Virus record (IMG/VR): IMGVR_UViG_3300022187_000010
DNA: 34,903 bases
From: a virus
Strand: one strand, 5' to 3'
Position numbers and translations under genes: made by a program
Part shown: positions 23,351 through 30,443 of the stretch, one piece after another
Numbering within the stretch: the first letter of the stretch is position 1
Layout of the letters: every line of letters starts with the position of its first letter
Notes under the pieces: generated by a model
What the model was told of the DNA's origin: nothing
Databases searched by the model: none
Seen by the model: the letters and a program-made list of their open reading frames with translations, nothing else

Positions 23351-23955
23351 TTAAATCTGTGAAACGGTGTAACACTATACTTATCTTTTAAGTCTGTAAT
23401 CTCTACCATTGATGAGTTTATAGTGATTGACTTATAATTCACTTTATCAAGTCGCTTAGTTAGGCAAAAATCAAGACCGTTATTAATTTGTCCAGTCCAT
23501 AGTAACCAGTCTAACTTATCCATTAGGCTTCTCGATAGACATCTTCCTGCACCTGCACTCTCTCCTCTTCTGTGATTAGTGTATCCTTTCCAATGTATTC
23601 TCTCGCCAGTCTTTAAGTCTTGTACATAGATATCGCTTATACCTATAAACTCATAACCTTGCAGCAGGTAAGTCTTATAGTTCTCACTTCCCTTAATCAT
23701 GTCATCACTCCCTAATATTAAGAACGCATCTGCGTCACTATACTGTTTCAAGAAATTTACACCCGCCTGCCATTTATTAGATAACGGAAAATTAGGAGCA
23801 TGGATATAATCTATCTGTCTGTTTATACAAAAGTGTCTATCTTTCTTCGTACTGACAACCATTAAACACTTAAGGCCTTCATCATACCATGAATCTAATG
23901 CCAATGATACTGCCTCATGGCGACCATACATTGCGCTTAATACTTGTATCTTCAT
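23347..23955 (-). CDS. GT-A-fold glycosyltransferase-like protein
   Basis: 202 aa. PLSNKWQAGVNFL...DAFLILGSDD (DxD-type motif). ATGA coupling to the sulfotransferase gene. Confidence 0.5.
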   Translation of the reverse strand: MKIQVLSAMYGRHEAVSLALDSWYDEGLKCLMVVSTKKDRHFCINRQIDYIHAPNFPLSNKWQAGVNFLKQYSDADAFLILGSDDMIKGSENYKTYLLQGYEFIGISDIYVQDLKTGERIHWKGYTNHRRGESAGAGRCLSRSLMDKLDWLLWTGQINNGLDFCLTKRLDKVNYKSITINSSMVEITDLKDKYSVTPFHRFK

Positions 23956-23987
23956 CTTATATTAGTTATTAACTGGATTATCTAAAC

Positions 23988-24731
23988 TCATAACTCAATC
24001 TTTTTAGGTGGCGCAACATAGAAGTTATTAGTCTTAGCGTATTTAAGGAGTTCCTTTTTCTCTACCTCTGTGTTATGTCTTAGCCACTTGTCTTTAAACT
24101 TCCTATACTCTGTGCTATTGTCCTTCCAGCTTGAGGTTAAATGTATGCTTTTTAGCATTTCAATTGGTGGCAAGTAGTAGGACTTATATCCACTTGCGTT
24201 TATTCTAAAGTTCCAATCACTATCCCAACGTCCATACATCTTGTACTCCTCATTGATAAAACCTACTTTGTCTAGTAGTTTAGTTGAGAAGAACCAACAC
24301 CCATACACGTTATCTGAATGCTGCAAAGGTACTTGTTCAATCATCTCTAAGTTACGCTCTTGTCTATACCCCCAGTCATAACCTAAAAACCCTTTTAACT
24401 TGCATCTACTGTATATACTTTCAGATAGTGCTAGCCAGTTATTAGGTAGTACAATATCAGGGGCAATCATAGCCACGTAGTCATACCCTTGTTCTTTTAC
24501 CCTTAATAGCATTTGATTATAAGCTACTGGGTTGCCTACGTTCTCTTCTGAATAGTGCAGAAACTTTGGCTCAAAGGATTTAACAAGGTCTTTTATACGG
24601 TCGTTCTTACTTCCGTTATCCCATATAAACAAATCGTAGTCTTTACCTGCATTGCTTAACGTAACACCTAAGCCCATCTTTGCTTTGTGGTATTCATTCA
24701 TGGTGTTACATATTACTGCTATCTTACTCAT
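23988..24731 (-). CDS. Family-2 glycosyltransferase
   Basis: 247 aa. LFIWDNGSKND and AMIAPDIVLPNNW match the GT2 nucleotide-sugar binding and DxD-equivalent regions. Confidence 0.7.
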   Translation of the reverse strand: MSKIAVICNTMNEYHKAKMGLGVTLSNAGKDYDLFIWDNGSKNDRIKDLVKSFEPKFLHYSEENVGNPVAYNQMLLRVKEQGYDYVAMIAPDIVLPNNWLALSESIYSRCKLKGFLGYDWGYRQERNLEMIEQVPLQHSDNVYGCWFFSTKLLDKVGFINEEYKMYGRWDSDWNFRINASGYKSYYLPPIEMLKSIHLTSSWKDNSTEYRKFKDKWLRHNTEVEKKELLKYAKTNNFYVAPPKKIEL

Positions 24732-24736
24732 TAATT

Positions 24737-24744
24737 CAAATATA
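24737..24744 (-). promoter_or_regulatory. -7-type box TATATTTG located 5 nt before the GT2 start codon
   Basis: Matches TAnnTTTG, and TATATTTGAATT is shared with the box at 27633..27626. No correctly spaced -33 TTG is present. Confidence 0.3.
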
Positions 24745-24846
24745 TTCTATTCATGTCAAACATAACTACATTTCCTTTAATAAACAAATGAACACCCTCT
24801 ATACTATGACTTACATTGTAAGATAAGATAGGTAAGTATTCTACTG

Positions 24847-25896
24847 CTATTCCCCATTCCCACATAGAGACTTGTAAAACTCTTCCCTTACTTTCGCTTC
24901 TTTCAATATATCGTAGTTCTCTAATACATCTTTATTTAATCTATTTGCTAATGTCGCTACTAAGTCTCTATCTTCACTTAATCTCTTTACTGCTTCATAC
25001 CATCCCTTACCTCCATCACACAGTATACTGTTATCTTCATTACATACATTCGTAAAAGGCTCTTGATTACTTGCTACTAAAGCACACATCATAAACCCAG
25101 CTTCTAAGGCTTTTAATTCACTCTTACTTTGTGTAAACTCATCTTTGTATAATGGTGCCAGACAAACATCTATATGGTTATACATCTGACCGTAGCAATT
25201 AACGTCTAAAGCTGGTATTACATCAAAGATATTACTAGCACCAGCGCATGACATAAAACTCGCTATCTTGTTGTTCTCTTCACCAGGTGCCCATCCACCG
25301 TAGTGAAGTTCCACGTTTGGTAACTCCCCTATCTTGCAAAGCTCATCTGCAATCATCTCCATATCCTTGACATGGTCCTTTGCGCCTATAAACCCTACTC
25401 TTAACTTATCGCTAGGTGTTTTAAACTTCATCCATTGCACGCTGTTGTAATCTACTGCGTTCTTAACTACTTGGACATTCTTATTGTAAGGCTTTATAGA
25501 CTTCTCTAAATAAGGCGTTGAAACTGTTATCGCATCGGCTGCCTTTGCTGCCTCTATTTGTCTTAATCTAAATCCTTTTTGCTCAAACTCTTTATACAGT
25601 CCATGATATTTAGGCAATCTCCATGCGTCGTCATAATCCATTACCAACTTAGCACCAGACTTCTTAATAGCATCTAATATATCCTTAGTGTTATCCTTAT
25701 CCTTTGTCTTAGATAGCATCCTAGAAAATACTACTATATCGTATTCGCTTAACTCTTCATGTATGTTACTAGGTGCATTGTCTAATGTCGGGGTAAAGTT
25801 AACCTCAAAATCTTTCTCATTCAAATACTGATGGGGTGTAAGTCTATACATATCTACACCTGAGTACTGTGGGTTTATAACTAATACTTTAATCAT
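24847..25896 (-). CDS. GT-B-fold (GT1/GT4-like) glycosyltransferase
   Basis: 349 aa. The C-terminal SKSELKALEAGFMMCALVASN resembles the GT4 E-x7-E / EAxAxG region. Confidence 0.6.
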   Translation of the reverse strand: MIKVLVINPQYSGVDMYRLTPHQYLNEKDFEVNFTPTLDNAPSNIHEELSEYDIVVFSRMLSKTKDKDNTKDILDAIKKSGAKLVMDYDDAWRLPKYHGLYKEFEQKGFRLRQIEAAKAADAITVSTPYLEKSIKPYNKNVQVVKNAVDYNSVQWMKFKTPSDKLRVGFIGAKDHVKDMEMIADELCKIGELPNVELHYGGWAPGEENNKIASFMSCAGASNIFDVIPALDVNCYGQMYNHIDVCLAPLYKDEFTQSKSELKALEAGFMMCALVASNQEPFTNVCNEDNSILCDGGKGWYEAVKRLSEDRDLVATLANRLNKDVLENYDILKEAKVREEFYKSLCGNGE

Positions 25897-26335
25897 TCTT
25901 AATATCTCCCTTACCGTTTATAATTTCTATCTGTATCTTCTCTTGTGGCTTGTCGTCGTCTTTAGGCTCATTTCTCATGCCTAATCTGTTCTTTGCGTAG
26001 AAAATACCCTTACCCTCATTCGCTACAATGTCCTCTGCTAATGACTTAAATAATTTATCTATCCTTTTTATAGTGTTAAACTTTTCTTTGTTGCTTTCGC
26101 CCTCTCTCTCATCGTTTAACCAATTATAATAGGTCACCCTGCTAATAGTCGGCTTACCCTTTTTGACTACCCATATCCTTAGAAAGTACTCTACTGTTGG
26201 AATGTGTCTATCCCTTATATCAATAGTCTTATACTGTGCTACTACCTCTTTGGTGTTTTCTAAGCACTCGTCTATGTATTGGTAGGCTAGTTCTTCTAGT
26301 TCATAGGGTGTTATGTCTGTGTAGGGTTTAGCCAT
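25889..26335 (-). CDS. terS: Terminase small subunit
   Basis: 148 aa counted from ATG 26335; the track's TTG at 26341 is less likely. IPTVEYFLRIW...TYYNWL and NEGKGIFYAKNRLGMRNE match the small-terminase (gp3/Terminase_2-like) pattern. Confidence 0.6.
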   Translation of the reverse strand: MAKPYTDITPYELEELAYQYIDECLENTKEVVAQYKTIDIRDRHIPTVEYFLRIWVVKKGKPTISRVTYYNWLNDEREGESNKEKFNTIKRIDKLFKSLAEDIVANEGKGIFYAKNRLGMRNEPKDDDKPQEKIQIEIINGKGDIKND

Positions 26336-26531
26336 TGTCAAGCTCTCTTATTAATCTAACGTATTTAGGTATTACCGTATTTAGTAAGCAACTACCACAA
26401 CCTCCTACGTGTTCTCCTGTCTCTCTCACATAAGCCTTTCTTAGTTCCTGGTTTATGTTTCCTTTGGATGCTGTGTTATTAGCATGACATTGGAGTATGT
26501 AGTCTCTATGTTTAATTGCTAGTTCTTTCAT
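26328..26531 (-). CDS. Hypothetical Cys-containing small protein
   Basis: 67-aa ORF with TAATG coupling upstream. Confidence 0.55.
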   Translation of the reverse strand: MKELAIKHRDYILQCHANNTASKGNINQELRKAYVRETGEHVGGCGSCLLNTVIPKYVRLIRELDNG

Positions 26532-26629
26532 TATCCGAATAATGTTACAAATATATAGATTACTAAACCTAAACTAATAAGGCTGGTTACTAATTGAACT
26601 TTTGTTGTTTTCTCTTCTTTGTTATCCAT
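26531..26629 (-). CDS. 32-aa single-TM small protein (MDNKEEKTTKVQLVTSLISLGLVIYIFVTLFG)
   Basis: It exactly fills the gap between two genes and has TAATG overlaps at both ends. It is below the ORF-track cutoff. Confidence 0.45.
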   Translation of the reverse strand: MDNKEEKTTKVQLVTSLISLGLVIYIFVTLFG

Positions 26630-26904
26630 TATTGAGTGTATTTAATTGCTAATTTAACTACTAATATATTGATAAATAATAATATAAGCAAATTGTCGCT
26701 ATTGAAATTTAACCCTATTGTTACCCAAAAAGGAACGCAATGGTTACAATCTAATTTACCCGCTACAAACATTAAAGGCTTTATTCGCTTATCGCTTATC
26801 CTTATCTTGTCTGCATAGAAATAAGCCAAACTACTCAAGGGTGTCAGTAGCCATAGATAACTTATTATAGCTGGACTTAACAGCGTCTCTAAATCGTTTA
26901 ACAT
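26629..26904 (-). CDS. DUF1360-like membrane protein
   Basis: 91 aa. YADKIRISDKRIKPL...GKLDCNHCVPFWV resembles the DUF1360 signature. Overlaps the sigma-factor gene by 74 nt. Confidence 0.5.
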   Translation of the reverse strand: MLNDLETLLSPAIISYLWLLTPLSSLAYFYADKIRISDKRIKPLMFVAGKLDCNHCVPFWVTIGLNFNSDNLLILLFINILVVKLAIKYTQ

Positions 26905-27385
26905 ATCTGTAACAAGTTTGGTGATTAATTCCTAGTTCTTCTTCCATCTTTCTAAATGATCCAACGTCTAACCATATTCTAGTCATACGCTCATATAGCA
27001 TCTCCTCACTCTTCTTAGCATTAGCATAAGACTTATGGAAGATGTCCATTAGTTCATTATATAGTTCTATCTGTTGCTTAGACCTATCGTCTGTGTTTAT
27101 GTCTATGTATCTATCTACGTCTAACTGTTGACGCTTTCTAAACTTTACATAGAATGCTGACGTTGAGCTGCACCACATATTTTTAAGAATACGGTACGAG
27201 TATAACTCTAAAAGGTTCTTATTGATTAGGTCGTCTATGTTCTTTGGTGATGTCTCCAATAGAGTTAAAGCCCATTCTTGGTAGAGGTCGTCGGAAAAGT
27301 GAAGTTCATCTTTGCAGAACTTATAACACATTAAACGCCATTTATTGTCGTTTAAAATATCTAGAACCTCTTGTCGTATCTCCAT
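26831..27385 (-). CDS. Sigma-70-family (ECF-like) RNA polymerase sigma factor
   Basis: 184 aa. Region-2-like SDDLYQEWALTLLE...YSYRILKNMW and region-4 HTH SFRKMEEELGINHQTCYRYVKRFRDAV. Confidence 0.6.
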   Translation of the reverse strand: MEIRQEVLDILNDNKWRLMCYKFCKDELHFSDDLYQEWALTLLETSPKNIDDLINKNLLELYSYRILKNMWCSSTSAFYVKFRKRQQLDVDRYIDINTDDRSKQQIELYNELMDIFHKSYANAKKSEEMLYERMTRIWLDVGSFRKMEEELGINHQTCYRYVKRFRDAVKSSYNKLSMATDTLE

Positions 27386-27435
27386 GTTCGTTTACATAGA
27401 CGTTGCTAAGATACAAAAAGTTTCTTATATAACAC

Positions 27436-27464
27436 AAAACCCCCACAAAATTCATTGCAGGGGC
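27436..27464 (-). terminator. Stem-loop plus U4, 50 nt upstream of the sigma-factor ATG
   Basis: Minus strand reads CCCCTGCAA-TGAATT-TTGTGGGG, 9 bp including two G-U pairs, followed by GTTTTG. Confidence 0.45.
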
Positions 27465-27557
27465 TTAATAGATAAATAATAAAACTAATTAAGAAATGAA
27501 TACTTGAGAACTCATTGCTTTGATAGGTGCTAATATACTACTTTATTTTTAATAAAC

Positions 27558-27591
27558 AAAAAAGCCAAGCACATGATGAACACGACCTGAC
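27558..27591 (-). terminator. Promoter-proximal stem-loop plus U6 in the sigma-factor leader
   Basis: Minus strand reads GUCAGGU ... GCUUGGC (7 bp, three G-U pairs) followed by TTTTTT, about 65 nt downstream of the promoter box. Confidence 0.35.
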
Positions 27592-27625
27592 TTTTAAGTA
27601 ATGGTAAAAACCACAAAAATCAATT

Positions 27626-27656
27626 CAAATATAATACTTATTTAATTAGTGTGCAA
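27626..27656 (-). promoter_or_regulatory. Host-type promoter candidate: TTG-N20-TATATTTG
   Basis: The -7 box TATATTTG has the extended match ATAAGTATTATnTTTG, shared with 33776..33791. It lies in a 274-nt gap. Confidence 0.5.
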
Positions 27657-27659
27657 GTT

Positions 27660-27968
27660 TTATTTAAACATAGGCAAACGCCATTCATTAGGTAAAGGCA
27701 TACACATATAATGCTCTTCTGTTTGGTAGTTATCCCACTTATGTGTTACTGCGTTAGGGTCGTAGGGCTTTGCTTTTAAATTAACTACGTGGTTCTCTAT
27801 CGATAAAGATGATAAATACCTTACACGTCTATCGTTATAGCCTAGATACTCAGATATTTTATTGCAACTCCAATCGTTTTGCATTAGGTGTAGTACTATC
27901 TTTTGTAGTGTCTTGTTCTTACCATCTCCACGTCTTAAGCTCTTCTCTCTTTTTTCTGTTGTTTTCAT
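27660..27968 (-). CDS. HTH DNA-binding protein
   Basis: 102 aa. WSCNKISEYLGYNDRRVRYL is a helix-turn-helix-like segment. Confidence 0.5.
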   Translation of the reverse strand: MKTTEKREKSLRRGDGKNKTLQKIVLHLMQNDWSCNKISEYLGYNDRRVRYLSSLSIENHVVNLKAKPYDPNAVTHKWDNYQTEEHYMCMPLPNEWRLPMFK

Positions 27969-27970
27969 CT

Positions 27971-28366
27971 TTACTCTGTTTTATCGTATAGTTTCTTATA
28001 GAATGATATATCCTGCTCCATGCTTTTAAGTACACCATTAGCAGAATCTTGTACACTCTTACCCCCTCTGTAATTACCCTCATGTTGGGCTTCCTTTGTT
28101 CGGTAATCTTTAGCGTCTACAGTTGCCTTTGCTTCACTCATTCCTAATGTGTCTTTGTTTGTTAGGTGTTCAATCTTAAAACGTGCTGTCTCTACCCTGC
28201 GATTAGCGTAGGCATGGTTATAGTTAATTGCTGCCTCACGTACCTTTTTACTTAGTTCGTAGATTAGACACGCTAATTCACGCCTTAAATCTATTAGGGT
28301 TACTAGTTTAGTTTCATCCCATTGATTAGATTTATACTCGTTTATGATCTCGCTCATTCTATCCAT
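27971..28366 (-). CDS. Hypothetical helical protein
   Basis: 131-aa ORF with an ATG start. Confidence 0.6.
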   Translation of the reverse strand: MDRMSEIINEYKSNQWDETKLVTLIDLRRELACLIYELSKKVREAAINYNHAYANRRVETARFKIEHLTNKDTLGMSEAKATVDAKDYRTKEAQHEGNYRGGKSVQDSANGVLKSMEQDISFYKKLYDKTE

Positions 28367-28440
28367 GTTCTTTTAGCTTCTTTAGTTTAACGCTTTATAA
28401 CAGTTAATAAACATCATTAAAAACGCTGTTTATTTTGGTG

Positions 28441-28761
28441 TTACCCAACATTTAAGTCAGGCAACTTTGCTTGTATGTGAAATTTAGGACTTATCTGCTT
28501 GCCTCGTTGCTCAAGCCAACTATAAGAATCAAATCCTATTTGTTGCCTTACCAATCGGATACCTCGCCAAGTCAATTTTCCTTTGGTTATTTCGCCTTTA
28601 ATCGGTGGTTCTGCCGTAGTTCGTAAAGCAGTTGTAAATAGTTTCTCTTCTTGCTTTTGCATTTCAGCAATCAAACGTTGGGTAACACTGGCTATATTTA
28701 ATGCCAAGTCCTCGTCAACTTGAAAGTTAGGGTGTTCAATTTTCTTTAGTTCATATTTCAT
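28441..28761 (-). CDS. Hypothetical protein
   Basis: 106-aa ORF with an ATG start. Confidence 0.6.
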   Translation of the reverse strand: MKYELKKIEHPNFQVDEDLALNIASVTQRLIAEMQKQEEKLFTTALRTTAEPPIKGEITKGKLTWRGIRLVRQQIGFDSYSWLEQRGKQISPKFHIQAKLPDLNVG

Positions 28762-28831
28762 AATTATCGTTTTTTAAGTTGGCACTACACATAACCAAAC
28801 CGTTATAAATCATTTCTTTAGTTGTTTTAGT

Positions 28832-29488
28832 TTATCCTTGTAAATTACTTTTAACCCTTACGTAGTTGCCTTTTCTTATCGGGGTGTCTATTGCTTTCTC
28901 AACGCTCCACCCTCTTTTTATTCTACTGCGTATAGCACCCTCGTTCCCTAAAAGACCCTTATCCCTCAATAACATCATTAAAGGTCGTTTAGTGCCTTTA
29001 TAATAAACGTAGAATGTGTTTTCTCTGTTGTTTGCGTTTACCCTTGGTGTTACTACCCTACAATTATTCGGATTATACCCTTTGTTGCCATCAATTCTAT
29101 CAATATGATAACCCTTCTTTAGTTCGTTTTTCTCTGCCCAGTCCTTAAAACTATCGTAATTGTTTAGCCACTCTTCACAAACCCTTATTCCTTTATCGTA
29201 ATATAAGTGACTTTCGCAATAGTTGGGTTGTGTTCTGTATTTGATAGCCCTCCATATTTTACGGATATATGCATCTGATTTAGTATTGCTGACCCTTTTA
29301 AAACAACCACAACTTTTTATCCTACCCCTACTTAGGTGAACAAGTCTGACTTCTTTTTGTTTACCACAATCACACCTACATAAGAAAGTTCTATTAGTCT
29401 GTCCTGAAGGCAAAACCTTTCTAGGTAGTTCTTTTAGTACCGTTAATTGGTTAAACTTATCGCCTATGCTTATATCTAGTTTGCTCAT
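28832..29488 (-). CDS. HNH-family nuclease with an N-terminal Cys cluster
   Basis: 218 aa. CRCDCGK...SCGC and YHIDRIDGNKGYNPNNCRVVTPRVNANNR (HNH core). Confidence 0.65.
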   Translation of the reverse strand: MSKLDISIGDKFNQLTVLKELPRKVLPSGQTNRTFLCRCDCGKQKEVRLVHLSRGRIKSCGCFKRVSNTKSDAYIRKIWRAIKYRTQPNYCESHLYYDKGIRVCEEWLNNYDSFKDWAEKNELKKGYHIDRIDGNKGYNPNNCRVVTPRVNANNRENTFYVYYKGTKRPLMMLLRDKGLLGNEGAIRSRIKRGWSVEKAIDTPIRKGNYVRVKSNLQG

Positions 29489-29495
29489 ATTGCAT

Positions 29496-30140
29496 TTAAT
29501 TTATTGCAATATACACATTATAATCATACAAACCTATTTTTTGGTTAAAATAGTCTCTCAAATATACGCCATCTTTCGGTAAATCCTTAACCTCTTGTTC
29601 AAATTCCCTTATGCATTTTCTAGTTATCTTTAGGGCTTCTTTAATCTCTATCTTGCTTAACCCTAAGTAAGTAAACTGTATAGGCATTTTGTTTTCTACG
29701 TAGTCTAAGTATGCTTCACTATAACGTGTCTTTAGTCCTTCCCTATAACCTACCTTGTGTTCGCTGTTAAATTGGTTACAATGCGCTCTAGCCGTATGTA
29801 AGTTATGTAGATTAAACCGTATTGAACCGATTGCCCCACGATTATGAAAGTGTGCAGCGTGTGCAAGGTTAATAGTCTTACCACAATCTATGCAGCCATA
29901 GTACCCGCAATGCACGTCTATCATTTTAGAGAGTTTGTTTACCTCGTCTTGAAGGTTACCTAATCTATTCTCAACGTATATGTTCTCTTCTGTCTTTTTT
30001 AAGGCTTCCTTATCCCTCTTTGCTTTCTTCTCTCGCTGTTGTTTTTGATAAGCATAGGCGCATTGAGGTGAACAGACAACCTGGTTAGACCGTTTCTTCT
30101 CAAACATCTTTTTACATTCTATGTTCTTACACTTAGGCAT
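29496..30140 (-). CDS. ninG: NinG/Rap-like recombination endonuclease
   Basis: 214 aa. N-terminal CKNIECKK...CSPQC, then CIDCGK...HAAHFHNRG...HNLHTARAHCN, typical of the lambda NinG family. Confidence 0.6.
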   Translation of the reverse strand: MPKCKNIECKKMFEKKRSNQVVCSPQCAYAYQKQQREKKAKRDKEALKKTEENIYVENRLGNLQDEVNKLSKMIDVHCGYYGCIDCGKTINLAHAAHFHNRGAIGSIRFNLHNLHTARAHCNQFNSEHKVGYREGLKTRYSEAYLDYVENKMPIQFTYLGLSKIEIKEALKITRKCIREFEQEVKDLPKDGVYLRDYFNQKIGLYDYNVYIAIN

Positions 30141-30431
30141 TTAGTCACCTATCACTAATTTTTCATTGTGCCTTGCTAGTTTAAATATCTCGCTAAGCAT
30201 ATAATTATAGTCCTCATCTTCAAACTCATCCTCACTTATAAATGTATTAAAATCGTTTTCACCCATCCAAGGCTCTTTTTTAATAAAAGGATAACCAAGC
30301 ATGCCTAATGCCATTTCAAATCTCATCAAACTTCCATTGCAAGTAAATTCTTCAAAATCGCTATTATCTAGCCATTGGTTAGTTCTATTAACTAATTCAT
30401 ATAGTATTTCTTCTTTTCTATTTTTATCCAT
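30141..30431 (-). CDS. Small, strongly acidic hypothetical protein
   Basis: 96 aa with about 24 Asp/Glu against about 10 Lys/Arg. Confidence 0.6.
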   Translation of the reverse strand: MDKNRKEEILYELVNRTNQWLDNSDFEEFTCNGSLMRFEMALGMLGYPFIKKEPWMGENDFNTFISEDEFEDEDYNYMLSEIFKLARHNEKLVIGD

Positions 30432-30443
30432 AATCTATTGTTT

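Noticed and set aside
24810-24822. Perfect 13-bp palindrome CTTACATTGTAAG in the gap upstream of the GT2 gene, considered as a possible operator.
   Set aside because: Palindromes with 6-bp arms are expected several times by chance in 35 kb of AT-rich DNA. No second copy or associated repressor is evident.
26336-26341. TTG start at 26341 for the small terminase ORF.
   Set aside because: An ATG two codons downstream (26335, MAKPYTD...) gives a conventional start with an 8-nt overlap with the upstream stop.
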